DNA of 64,000 nucleotides from Antedon mediterranea. Taxonomy: Eukaryota > Animalia > Echinodermata. Every line of letters starts with the position of its first letter. The first letter of the stretch is position 1. The notes beneath the pieces are model-generated. The model was not told the origin of the DNA. It worked only from the letters and a program-made list of their open reading frames with translations, and did not search any database. Shown here one piece after another: positions 52,355 through 63,316 of the stretch. The position numbers and the translations under genes are program-made. The stretch spans positions 9,136,101 to 9,200,100 of the forward strand of contig NC_092677.1 of the NCBI RefSeq assembly GCF_964355755.1, in the 5' to 3' direction.

Positions 52355-52710
52355 GAGTCTAGGCCCCTAGTAGGCCTAGTTTTGCTTTTTTAGGCCTATT
52401 TAGATTAGCCTAATAGTAAGGGCGGTGCTGGCTACTAGGCTGCTGAGCACTAGGCCTACCATAGATAGCTAAACCTATCATATAGGCTTCGGCCCTAGGC
52501 TTAGCTAGCATCCGCTCTTACTAGGCCTACTATCTACAGGCCTAGCTAGACTAGTTTGGCAGGGTCCAGGGCCCCTAGCTAGGCCTTATAGAGAGTTAGA
52601 GCGCCTATCTAGGCCTAGTAGAGCAGTAGTAGGCGCTATATAGGCCTAGGCCCTAGCCCTAGTAGGCCTAGCCTAGAGGGTCCACCCTAGTTAGACTAGG
52701 CCTAGTTTTC
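52355..52710. repeat. TAGGCCTA/CTAG-rich low-complexity tract
   Basis: Eight exact TAGGCCTA palindromes (52371, 52391, 52451, 52522, 52610, 52641, 52663, 52697) plus many variants. Confidence 0.8.
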
Positions 52711-54099
52711 CTTCCAACATATTTTGTAAATGGCGGAAACCTGTTCTAAACCCCTATCTAGCCAAACTTATTGTTAAAAGGGAGCATCCAATAATGGTAA
52801 ATAAATAGTTTATAGCTGTTTACACACAAATATTGAAGCCGCCGCGAGGAGAGGAATTTCTATTTCACAATTTCACAATGCCCTCTGACGAATGGTGGCG
52901 CTTTCTATACTTTTATGGAGCGCTATTTGTGCCTTTATTGGCGTTGTGTTATACACTTTTTTAATCAACCAGTAATGTAGAATTGGTAAAACTCTGCCAA
53001 GTGTTAAGGCTTTAAATATTTGTTTAAGAAATTATTTAATGATTTTAAGGTATATTGCAAGGCAAAATAGAGAAACAATTGTTAGACTTTATAAATCTAT
53101 TGTAATGTTAATCTTTTTTGCTGCTTGTCATAGACACGTCTTTTTTGTTTGTTTTTTTTCCTTATGTGTTTCTCTCTGTATGAAATATAAATATAAAAAA
53201 AAACATTAAAAACTGTACATTATATAAATGATGAATGTTTATTTAAGTGCTTTGATTAACGTTGTTGAAATCTTCCCTGGTTTCATGTAGCTTGATGAAG
53301 AATGGAACCAACTAATTATCTAACTATCACGCATCAAGTCATTTTAAATATTTAAAAAAACATATTGTCCCCCTGAAAAATAATTGTTTTAAATATTTTT
53401 TATAGAATATATGCCATAATAGTTATGCCATTATAAATATTTAATTTAAAGCAAAACATATTCAAACAATATGCGTTCTTTTTTTTTGTTATTAATCTTC
53501 ATTTTTCATATTTTTCAATTTTAATTTAATTTCTATTTCAATTTAATTTCAATTTCAATTTATTTCCACAATATAATAAAATACATACATAAATGCAGTG
53601 AAGTGATTATGTGGGGGGGGGGGGAGAGTCATATAAGTCATAAAGACTTTAAGTTTTACCCATCCCAAGATATTAACATAGAATACGAAAAAGAAAAAAA
53701 AAACATAAACTAACAATAAATAAAAGAAAACAAAGCTACACATTTTTTGGGACAATACATCTTTAATTAATTGAAAGCAGGGAGATGTAAACTTAGAGAA
53801 TCTTAGAAACGGCATTTTCAATAAGAAAATTAATATGTTGTGTCTAATTCTGGACTTCACCCCCGCGGAATAACACACAATTAACATACCTCACCGACTC
53901 AAACAAAGACCTTTATAAAACGATTTTTTGGACTGAACAGAACTGATCCTCTCGCTCGACTAAATAATACGCCTTCTATAACTGTTAAAATAATAGGCCA
54001 ACCTGCAGTTTGCATACCACATTATTACAGGTGTGCTTTAAACACGTGATATGCAGAATATTTCCTTCTTTATCAACTGCAGCCTCACTTCGAATCAGA

Positions 54100-54184
54100 C
54101 GTTCATATAATAGGTACGTGAGAGGTCGTCAGTTATTCACTCACTCACATACTTGTCTGCTTGAAAGAACCAAAAACATCTAAG
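54100..54184 (+). promoter_or_regulatory. H1 core promoter and non-coding first exon
   Basis: TATAA at 54106, initiator-like TCAGTT at 54129-54134, donor AAG|GTAAGA at 54184, acceptor at 54522. Confidence 0.55.
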
Positions 54185-54535
54185 GTAAGAATACGTACGG
54201 TTCACTGTACTTTTTAAAACAATATACAGTAACTTAGTAGCACATAGTTGCCGCTTCTATATTTGTTTATGCTATTGTTTAAAGGCATAGAACAATTTCT
54301 AAACGTCGGTGATAACTGAAAAAGCCACCCAAACGAGATTCGAACCCGGAATATTTTGCTTGTTTGATTTATCATTTTGTATTTGAATTCACATGGATAC
54401 CATAATAACTAGGTGGTGTAAGCCACAAAGGACGAGTCAATGACGTACTGCGTGCTCCATCCGATAGATAAATTACATGCGACTACTTCACTAAACAAAT
54501 GTATACTTCTTTTTTATTTTAGAAGCACGGTCATC

Positions 54536-55240
54536 ATGTCTACTACCGAAACCGTAACGACTGGTGCTGGCACCCGGCCAAAAACATTGAACATCATCCT
54601 AGCTGCAATTGCGGACTTAGACGAAAAGAATGGGTCATCGGTAATTGCTATAAAACAGTGGATTCAAACCAAATACCCAGAAATTCCCGATAACCGATTG
54701 AAGGGAATGATGAAGAGAAGTTTAGCCAAAGGCTTGGAAATTAACGTTCTTGTCAGGCCCAAAAAATCAGAAGATTTGGTTGGAATGAAAGGTCGCTTCA
54801 AGCTTGGAAAACCACCAAAACCAATCAAAGCTCCGCCAAAAAAGAAAGTCCAAACAGTAAAAGGGGGGAAAGAGAACAAAAAGCCGCGTAAAAAAGCTTC
54901 AGTTGAAAATGGCTCGGCTGATGAAAGCAAGAAGTCGCCCAAAAAGTCGCCAAAAAAGAAATCGACAAAAACTAAGAAAGTTGCGGCTGCAGCTAAACCA
55001 CGTTCAGCCAGTAGTTCACCAGTGAAACCTAGCAAGTCGAAGAAGAATGTAAAACTTTCGCGTAGGAGTAAATCTCATTCACCAGCTAAAAAAATTACTA
55101 AGAAAATAGGCAAATCTCCGGCTTCTATAGGAAAGTCACCAGCTATCAAAAAGTCTAGATCTAAGGTAAAAATTAATGAAAAGGCGGCCTCAAACCCGAA
55201 ATCAAAATCTTCAAAGAAAAACAAAAAAGCTGACGAATGA
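54536..55240 (+). CDS. Linker histone H1, oocyte/cleavage-stage type (H1oo/H1.8/B4-like), 234 aa
   Basis: Globular domain RPKTLNIILAAIADLDEKNGSSVIAIKQWIQTKYPEIPDNRLKGMMKRSLAKGLEINVLVRPKKSEDLVGMKGRFKL, whose extended LVRP..S...G..GRFKL wing is typical of oocyte H1. Lys-rich tail with SPKK motifs. The ATG lies 13 nt after a splice acceptor; the ORF-track start at 54440 is intronic. Confidence 0.9.
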   Translation: MSTTETVTTGAGTRPKTLNIILAAIADLDEKNGSSVIAIKQWIQTKYPEIPDNRLKGMMKRSLAKGLEINVLVRPKKSEDLVGMKGRFKLGKPPKPIKAPPKKKVQTVKGGKENKKPRKKASVENGSADESKKSPKKSPKKKSTKTKKVAAAAKPRSASSSPVKPSKSKKNVKLSRRSKSHSPAKKITKKIGKSPASIGKSPAIKKSRSKVKINEKAASNPKSKSSKKNKKADE

Positions 55241-55299
55241 ACATTATTGTAATATGTTGTGATTCAGGTTGGAGTGTAAATTAACTTGTAAATTATTGA

Positions 55300-55368
55300 T
55301 TGTATGTATTTTAATATAAAACTGGCACTATTATTTTGTATTTGTATGTACAGTATATTGTAAATAAA
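55300..55368 (+). promoter_or_regulatory. H1 3' UTR: CPE, Pumilio element and poly(A) signal
   Basis: TTTTAAT at 55309-55315; TGTAAATA at 55359-55366, overlapping AATAAA at 55363-55368; no histone stem-loop seen. Confidence 0.55.
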
Positions 55369-56074
55369 TATTTCTCAGATAAAATAGTTCTTAATTTGTC
55401 TTTGAACTTTATTTGTGGGCCTATATTTTAAAAAGATTTAGTATGCATAAATGAATAGGTTTTTAGCCATGCATAAATGAATAGGTTTTTAGCCAAACTC
55501 GTTTCAATAACTTGCAAGGGAGGCCAAGTTCCAATGTATGCTTCACACGAGTAGGCCTAACCTATGAATTCTCCGGTATTTGTTTTCTGGACGTGACGCA
55601 TTCGGCAGAAACCGTAAACAATTCATGAGACCCATTTACCATGAGACAGTACTTTGGAACCACATCGTTATGTTCAATAGTTTGGACAGGTCTTCGATGG
55701 TTTTTTAGGACATTATTTAGAGGGTTAGGTTCAGCCAATTTCCAGGATATGATCCTATCTTATTCATTTTCGGCAATTTTGCACTTCTCGAAAAGAAAGA
55801 AAAACAATCTAACAACTGTAGAATAATTGAATAATTTTGGTCATAATGACATAAACAGACATTTTGTGGATTTCCAAATTCACATGATTGTATATTCTGA
55901 GTGCCATAGTAAATTCGGTGATGTCCTCAACTTTTTATTTTATACGTTGATAAAACTCGGGAGAATTAAAAAATGTTCATTTGAGTTTAAACTAAACCTG
56001 GTTCTTTTATAAAATAATGTAATACTGTATAAAATAAACGTACTGTATGCATACTTTATTCAACAAATTGACAT

Positions 56075-57778
56075 TCAAATGACAATGGCATCTATTTTCA
56101 TTAACAATTGTAACAATTCTAGAACATCTGTAAATAATCTCATTTTACTGTTCAGAGAAACAACTAGACCAATCTGAAAACCATCAATCAGTTTGCCAGT
56201 TTTACCGTCTATAGAAATCGTACCATTTCCTTTACTAACGTTATTGCTGGCTTCAGTTACTGTTGAAATCCAATTGTCTCTGCTTTTAGATACGAATGAG
56301 TTCTGGTGCAATGTCCGTGGTATGCTCAACACGGCCTCTGCAAATAATGTTGCTGCTAGCGCAAGATAATAATTGTCTCTATGACGTGTTGCATAATCGT
56401 TTAATATCTTGTTGACGATAAATTCGGCGGCACCTCCACCTGGTGTAGTGAAAACACGAGGCTGGATGGTGGACACCGGTTGAGATGCGGACTCATCTGT
56501 AGAATATTCGTGGCAACATGTATCTGCCTTGTGCAGACCATCTAAATCCCAGAGTTCAGTCCACATTCGTAGCACTTTCATTGCATTGCCAACTGCTCGC
56601 ACATACTCCGTCACAAGACCAGGAGACGGCGCACAGATGACAACTTGGTTAACTTTTACCATGTGTTCTGGAACAAGATTCACACACATTTTAGTCCCGA
56701 TTGCAATGCGTTCATAGCTTGCCAATACACCTATTGATAAATCATTTACATCACCCACATTCGTGTTTATTAAGACTCCAGTAAATTTGCTTACACGATC
56801 AACATCATCTGTAGATAATAAATTAACGACAGATATTTTATACTGATAGCATAAATGTTTTGAAGAATCCGACAAATTCTCGGTAGATAAAATCAAATTT
56901 ATACCAACATTGTTTAGGCATTTTAACTTCTGTTCAAGTGAAGTTGTTGAATATGTAAATAACCTCTCAACTTTATTTTTGTCATGCAAATGAATAGTAG
57001 TATGTGATAGAGGAGAAATATATTCTAGAGGACAATTCAAAAGAATGAATTTAACGGGTTTTCCTACTTGTTCTGGGACATTCACACATAGATCCTTTTG
57101 AATTACGATTCCCGGAATGACCTTTGACATGGAAACAGGTTGCCCACTGATCTTCAAAAATAAGTTTTGAAAGTCATCAATATTGTTATTAATTGATTGA
57201 TTCAAAGAATACGGACTATGGTAACAACTGGTAAATAGGCCTACAAGATTTATAACAAGTTCGGATAAAATGTTGACGGTAACCAAATCAAATTTACCAG
57301 CAATAGACGTCTTTACCAATTGTCTGCACGCCTCTTTTATTTCATTCTCTTTGTAAAAAATTGAATGTTTTTCTATTTCTTTCATAACTGTCGTCTGCAA
57401 GACAGTACTTAGTCTAGTGAACCCATCCCTCAGTTTAAATATATCATTTTCTCTTTCAGACAGAGATAATTTATTGGATATTTTACAGAGAAGTTCAGAA
57501 ATTATAAACACGAATGATTTCGAGTTATCTCCTGTTAAACGATGGTGAGAGATTATTGAATCTAAAATCATTCTACCCATTGGTGATTCAAATCTTATAG
57601 ACTGCATCAAAGCTACACCATCATTAGATATACATATATTCCCAGATGCAGAAGACAGCAGTGTTGATAGTCCATTTGGACCAAATGAATTCTTCAATAT
57701 ACTTTCTAACGTTTGGCAAACATGCAGAACAGCAGTTAAGTCAACCTTCTTAATATTTGTGCCGGAAGCCATTTTCAC
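56075..57778 (-). CDS. BBS10: Bardet-Biedl syndrome 10 protein (chaperonin-like BBSome assembly factor), 567 aa, single coding exon
   Basis: LESILKNSFGPNG...ISNDGVALMQSIRFESPMGRMILDSIISHHRLTGDNSKSFVFIISELL follows the BBS10 pattern (HLKKTGDGAKTFIIFL) better than MKKS or CCT. Also PGGGAAE, AVLSIPRTL and C-terminal K..LFTDVLELLQLLMKID. 5' UTR acceptor at 57822; AATAAA at 56060-56055. Confidence 0.85.
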   Translation of the reverse strand: MKMASGTNIKKVDLTAVLHVCQTLESILKNSFGPNGLSTLLSSASGNICISNDGVALMQSIRFESPMGRMILDSIISHHRLTGDNSKSFVFIISELLCKISNKLSLSERENDIFKLRDGFTRLSTVLQTTVMKEIEKHSIFYKENEIKEACRQLVKTSIAGKFDLVTVNILSELVINLVGLFTSCYHSPYSLNQSINNNIDDFQNLFLKISGQPVSMSKVIPGIVIQKDLCVNVPEQVGKPVKFILLNCPLEYISPLSHTTIHLHDKNKVERLFTYSTTSLEQKLKCLNNVGINLILSTENLSDSSKHLCYQYKISVVNLLSTDDVDRVSKFTGVLINTNVGDVNDLSIGVLASYERIAIGTKMCVNLVPEHMVKVNQVVICAPSPGLVTEYVRAVGNAMKVLRMWTELWDLDGLHKADTCCHEYSTDESASQPVSTIQPRVFTTPGGGAAEFIVNKILNDYATRHRDNYYLALAATLFAEAVLSIPRTLHQNSFVSKSRDNWISTVTEASNNVSKGNGTISIDGKTGKLIDGFQIGLVVSLNSKMRLFTDVLELLQLLMKIDAIVI

Positions 57779-58339
57779 TTCAAACTTTTCCTTCTAAACA
57801 TTATTAATACTGAAATCCTACCTGTGGAAAGCAAAGTAAATAAAGAATATTGTATTCAATAATTAGCATAATCATATATAATATGAGTGTTAATAAATTA
57901 AATACACTTAATTATGAGATAGTGTACAAAGGAAATTAAATAAAGGACAAGACAATATTTATGTTTATGATGGCCCTAGTCTATGCAGGTGGTATGCCTA
58001 AATAAAGTACAATTTTAGTAGGAGGCCCTACATATTATAAGTAGTATTGATTACTAGGGCGGTGCCAATGTCATAACTACTCTACTGTATTTGCCCTGTA
58101 TACAAATTTACTACTACAGTACTATTAAGTGTACTCTAGTCTTAATTTAGGTAGAGAAGTGACAGTTAAGTTATTAATTAATAATATTGGTTCAGGTCAG
58201 AAAATTTCATTTTGCTAAAAAAAACGAAAATATACTCTCGAATTGCCTACTGTATAAAGTATAGCGCCTATAAACTTTGATTATTAATAACATGTTTAAT
58301 TGTAAATAAAATGTTAATTATCTAATCAAATAGATTTAC

Positions 58340-58480
58340 TGTTATACCATTGTCCTAAGCATAGATGTGAATTAGCTGGTCTGTGTTTTCTTTGAATCGT
58401 CGCGACGCGTTGGGCAAAATCTCCCCCCGCCCCTCTGTCGTTGATATGGCAAGCAAAAACAAAACATGGGCCTGGCCTAG
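58340..58480. promoter_or_regulatory. Probable shared promoter region between divergent BBS10 and SLC38A7
   Basis: CpG cluster TCGTCGCGACGCG, GC box CCCCGCCC near 58425, degenerate X-box GTTGAT-AT-GGCAAG at 58440-58453. Confidence 0.4.
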
Positions 58481-59216
58481 AAAAATCAACAGTGTTTAAC
58501 AGAAAGCATTCTACATCCTATAAAACTAATATGAATAGTAAAATACTCAATATAATAAAACATTTTAAACACATTTAAATTTGTACGAACCTAGCTACAA
58601 AAACATAAATTTGTTAGGTTTACAAACAAACTTGTGTGGGTGCTGACATGACAGGCTCTTTCAACAATTCTTTTTTATATATTCAAAATAAAAGTCACCA
58701 TAGGCCTAGTCACCATTTAAAAATTATGAGTTTGATAAATTACTAACTTAAAATATTTTCATAATTTAATATTTCATAAGCAACAGGTATAACAATAATC
58801 ACCATAATTCTATCATAAATGTGTTAAAATATGTAAAGTTTGTGTATGCCTACTAACCTCACATGAAATTTGTTCACTCAACCGTGTAATAAAACCACAA
58901 TAAAGAAGAGGGAGAGAAAAATGGTGAACAGTTGATCAATCGAATGTGAAGGAAGAAGGGTTTGACTTCAAAAGGGGTGTAGGTAGGATCTCATACACAA
59001 TGTTGCTTTTATGGTAATATCATTAAGCTCAACAACATAATGATAATTAAGCTATTTTATTTCAAATACAGGTATTAATTAAACCAGAGTATAAAGTCAT
59101 GTCGAAATGCCTATATACATTTATACTGTCCTCTACTTTTCAACCTTTTCAAGTTTTTGTTTTGCTAAATTCATTTATTTCTTTTCAGGTGATCAGAAAA
59201 TAGAGCATCCCAAAAT

Positions 59217-62200
59217 ATGGATACGCAAATTGTATCCGGCGGATCCAAAAACGTTCATCCTTATGATACAGAAGAATGTACTCCTCTTTTGTTCAACAAT
59301 TCCATAAATAAAGATGAATCTGGACAAGGAGGAAAGACATCTACAGCTGGCGCTGTCTTCATCGTCATTAATGCCTGCATTGGAGCAGGGTTGTTAAATT
59401 TCCCACATGCATTCCAATCAGCTGGAGGAATTGTAGTCGGCGTCATTGTTCAGTTGGTAAATGTCATGATTAAGTTGCTAAATATCCCACAAATAAAAAA
59501 GGAATCCAAAAGAAATGATTTTCCTCCATGAATTAACTCTGCTCATAACCACTGTCCTAAGAACAGAACATTCCAGAAGAAACGTAGCTTCCAAGGGTGT
59601 CACATGTTTATCATAACTTTATGACCTAGTTTGTTAAAAAGACCATGATTGGACCTAAATTTGGTATGAAGAGCTCTGAAAGTTTATTGAAATGACACTT
59701 TCACATATATCAGAAGATCCTTCAGGAAGAACAGCATTCATATACCAAAAGCCAATATTTCAATGGAAAACATTGTTGAAGTACAGTAGTGGAATACTAA
59801 TATATTTTAATATTATTGTGTTTCAGGTTCTTTTAGTTGTGATTACTTCGTCGTTATTGGTGCTAGCCAAATGTTCTCACATTCATCAATGTTCCACATA
59901 CCAGGAGGTTGTTCATAAGATGTGCGGCCAAACGGGTCTTTTTGTCTGCAATATAACTATTCTTCTTTACTGTTTTGGAACCAGCATAACTTTCATGATA
60001 ATCATTGGTGACCAGATAGACAGTTGTAAGTGTTGGTATTGTGCGAACGCATTCCATAATAAGAACTTCAGCGTGTGAACAGAGCTTTTGTGTTCATTGA
60101 AGCGTGAAAGTTATTCATACCTACCGCTGAATAACCATCCTACCAAGTGCTATGTTTAGCCTCCACAATTTTATTTTAATAGTACTGAAATTTTCGTTTT
60201 TGTAAACACAACGTCAGCACATTGCATAAAATTTCACTTAAATTTTATCACAGTATTTAGGAATACTACAGATTTTTCAGGAATAATCTTTTGAGTCAAT
60301 GGAGAATAGTGAATCAAGCCATCATGTAAAATTTACTTAAAGTTATTATGTTTTTTTCTTTCAGTTCTTGAATTCATTGTGAGCGATTCATTAGGTCAAT
60401 GGTATACAAATCGGAAATTCACCTTATCTATATTTTCTGTGATAGTTGTCCTACCTCTGTGTATACCAAAAGCCATTGACTTCCTGAAGTATTCAAGGTA
60501 AAAGAATTATACAAGTTTGGCTATGTTGAAAGTCAGATTAGATTCCATTTTTCAATACCTACAATGGTGTGAGCCTTAATAACCAAAGAACTCAGACCTG
60601 TGTTAATCAAGTATTTTCCAGGAATGTACACCAGACCATTGTTTTGTCATACTTAGTCTGTCTCCTCTGGTATTACAAAACATTCGTAAAATTAAGTACA
60701 TTGAGTAACTAACAACTATCCCATACCAGATTCTCTGAAACTGGAAACGCTCCTAAAGCTCTGTCTGCACTATCAAACTAGATTGACTAAAAAGTGTGAT
60801 GTGCCCAAATATGGTAGTGACATCATCATGTCCATATATGGGTACATCAAACTAGTGTAGACGGAGCTTAAAACCAGACTTTCTTAAGATCCAAACGGTC
60901 CTCTTTTATTCCATTAAAAACACTTCATACCAGAATTTATTAGGCCAACCAGAATCCGTCTTTGTACTCCAATATCAAATTGATAATGTTATTTTATTGC
61001 AGTGGAATTGGTGTTCTTGGATCGATTTATGTTTGTGCAATTGTTGTTATCAAGTACTTTACAAATGGTGCCGCTGAGGGTATCCATGTGGCAACGTCAC
61101 CTGATAACTGGCAAGATGTATTTATAGCTGTTCCAGCCATTTGTTTTGGTTTCCAGGTAAAAACAGCTTTCATTAGACAATGCCTTTTATTAATTATGAT
61201 GGACCATGTCAACACTATCCTACTGCAGTTACTACTGTATTTATCTCCATTTTAAAAATTGCAATAACATAAGATTTCAGTCTGTAGAGGTTTATGAGAC
61301 TGGCACTGCAATAACCAGTGTTTGTGATTACTGCAAAATAGCTTGTTCATGAATACTGTAATTGCATTCAGGTCAATGGTTAAACAAATCTAGACATCTG
61401 TAAATTAAATTGTCTTTGATGTTTTAATTTTACTATTAAACTACTGATTGTATTTTATTTCTATTTTTTCTAGTGCCACATAAGTTCTATTCCAGTTTAT
61501 GCAAGTTTAAAAAAGCGAACGGTGTCGCAATTTTCTAAAGTGTGTATCATTGCCTTGTTCTTGGCCTTTACCACGTACACCCTAACAGGAATCTTTGGGT
61601 CATTGACCTTTGGCACCAGCTCCTGCAGTGACATTCTCAAGTCCTATGATGCTGACGATATAAGTGTGACCATTGCAAGAATCATGATCGGAGCATCGGT
61701 TTTAACAGCGTACCCTATTTTACATTTCTGTGGAAGGTATGTGTATATAGTAACATATGATAATAGTGTACTGTATTTTCAAATCCATTAGAACTCTATG
61801 TTAACAGTGGAAGGTACTGTAGATCAGTCCTATTTAAAAACCGTCTGGACATGAATTTTGAATGTAAAGCTCTGTCTGCACTATCAAACAAGTTCCCAAA
61901 TTTGGTAGTGATATGCCCGAATAAGAATGTCAACTGCTAAATAAGTTAATAACTACTGTCAATTGTCTTACAAAGTCTAATAGAGCAATAGAGGTTCATA
62001 ATTTGAAAAATTGGTTGGTGAAGTCTCCCTCCCAAGCTGTAGCTTTGTGGTTAACATGCTTGCCGTCCAATCCCAAGGACCTAGTGCCAGGATTTAATCC
62101 TGACCTAGTGCCAGGGTTCAATCCTGACCTAGTGCCAGGGTTCAATCCTGACCTAGTGCCAGGGTTCAATCCTGACCTAGTGCCAGGGTTCAATCCTGAC

Positions 62201-63316
62201 CTAGTGCCAGGGTTGTAACTCACAACTCTTTCAACTGTTGCACGCTGTTGGATGCGTATGAAATAAATAAATAAAAGAAATATTTTCAGAGTTGTCATCA
62301 ATGATCTTCAAATCAAAATATTCAAATTGACACCAGAACAAGTTGAAGATGGAGAAGTAAGGCGACGCATTGTGCAGACCATCATCTGGTTCAGTCTGTC
62401 ACTTATCTTGGCTTTGTTCATTCCAAGTATTGGTGTGGTGATATCGGTTATCGGTGGCCTGGCAGCAGTCTTTATATTTATATTTCCTGGTAAGCATTTG
62501 TTAGTTGGATGATGATACCTACTGACCTTTGACCTGATATTGTTTTCTCATTGATGATAGAATTGACATTATAAATCCATATAAGGACAGATTGGATTTG
62601 ATTTTGAGGCAGAAACGTTTTTTGTACATACTCATACAGTACAGTTTGGTTATTCCACCAATGATCTAAGTCAAAGTTATAGATGTAATCATTTTAGTAA
62701 TGGCTAACATTTAATACTTAGAGAAGTGTAACCTATTAATGAGCACAGTTCTCCATGTTTTTGCATGTTTGAACTTTCTTAAACCAATGTACATCGACAG
62801 AGGGGTCATAGTCATATTCAAGAGTGGGCCAATGGTAGAGATGATAAACTATGTCATCCTTTGACAAAAACAAATAGGTTTAACAACACCTTTATTCCCT
62901 CTTCAATTTGTCTCTTTAACAAACAATTTGTAAGATAATTACTGTAATTACTTTTAATGAACTGTACATAGGCCTACAATATATTTGACTTGTGTCTATC
63001 TTTTTTTTATTGATGTTTTATATGGTGTTTTTATTACGAATGTAACGGGGAGCTGAGTCTCACATTTTATAATTATTTTGTGACAATAAATGATATCTAT
63101 GTCTATGCTTAATCTCTCACCAACCAATTGATTTTTTTTTCTCTAGGTTTGTGTATGATTGAGTATGCAATGCATTATTATGATGGCAGTATTCGTCGAA
63201 AGCACCTGCTGATTGGATGTGGCATTGCCTGGGTTGGGTTGGGGACGTTTATTCTAGGCGAAAGCACAACGCTATCTATCATGGATGATGTCAATGGTGT
63301 CACCTTAGCTTGCTGA
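59217..63316 (+). CDS. SLC38A7: Sodium-coupled neutral amino acid transporter 7-like (SLC38A7/A8 clade), 452 aa, 7 coding exons
   Basis: Exons 59217-59456, 59827-60025, 60365-60497, 61003-61156, 61474-61736, 62290-62489, 63147-63316 (1359 nt, in phase). Motifs [71 protein letters not shown]; N-terminal dileucine lysosomal signal ECTPLL. Confidence 0.92.
60757..60868. mobile_element. ~115-bp MITE family, best-preserved copy
   Basis: AAGCTCTGTCTGCACTA...TAGTGTAGACGGAGCTT with TAA/TTA flanks. Confidence 0.75.
62034..62276 (+). mobile_element. tRNA-derived SINE with a tandemly amplified B-box
   Basis: A-box-like TAGCTTTGTGG at 62040, GGTTCAATCC B-boxes in the tandem units, (AAAT)n tail at 62261-62273. 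Confidence 0.6.
62078..62212. repeat. Tandem repeat, 24-bp unit x ~5.6
   Basis: GACCTAGTGCCAGGGTTCAATCCT head-to-tail. Confidence 0.95.

Noticed and set aside
54326-54350. tRNA gene (B-box GGTTCGAATC on the minus strand)
   Set aside because: Only a T-arm-like fragment with no cloverleaf; probably a SINE remnant.
54440-54535. N-terminal extension of H1 in the ORF track
   Set aside because: It lies largely in the 5' UTR intron (polypyrimidine tract and AG at 54521-54522).
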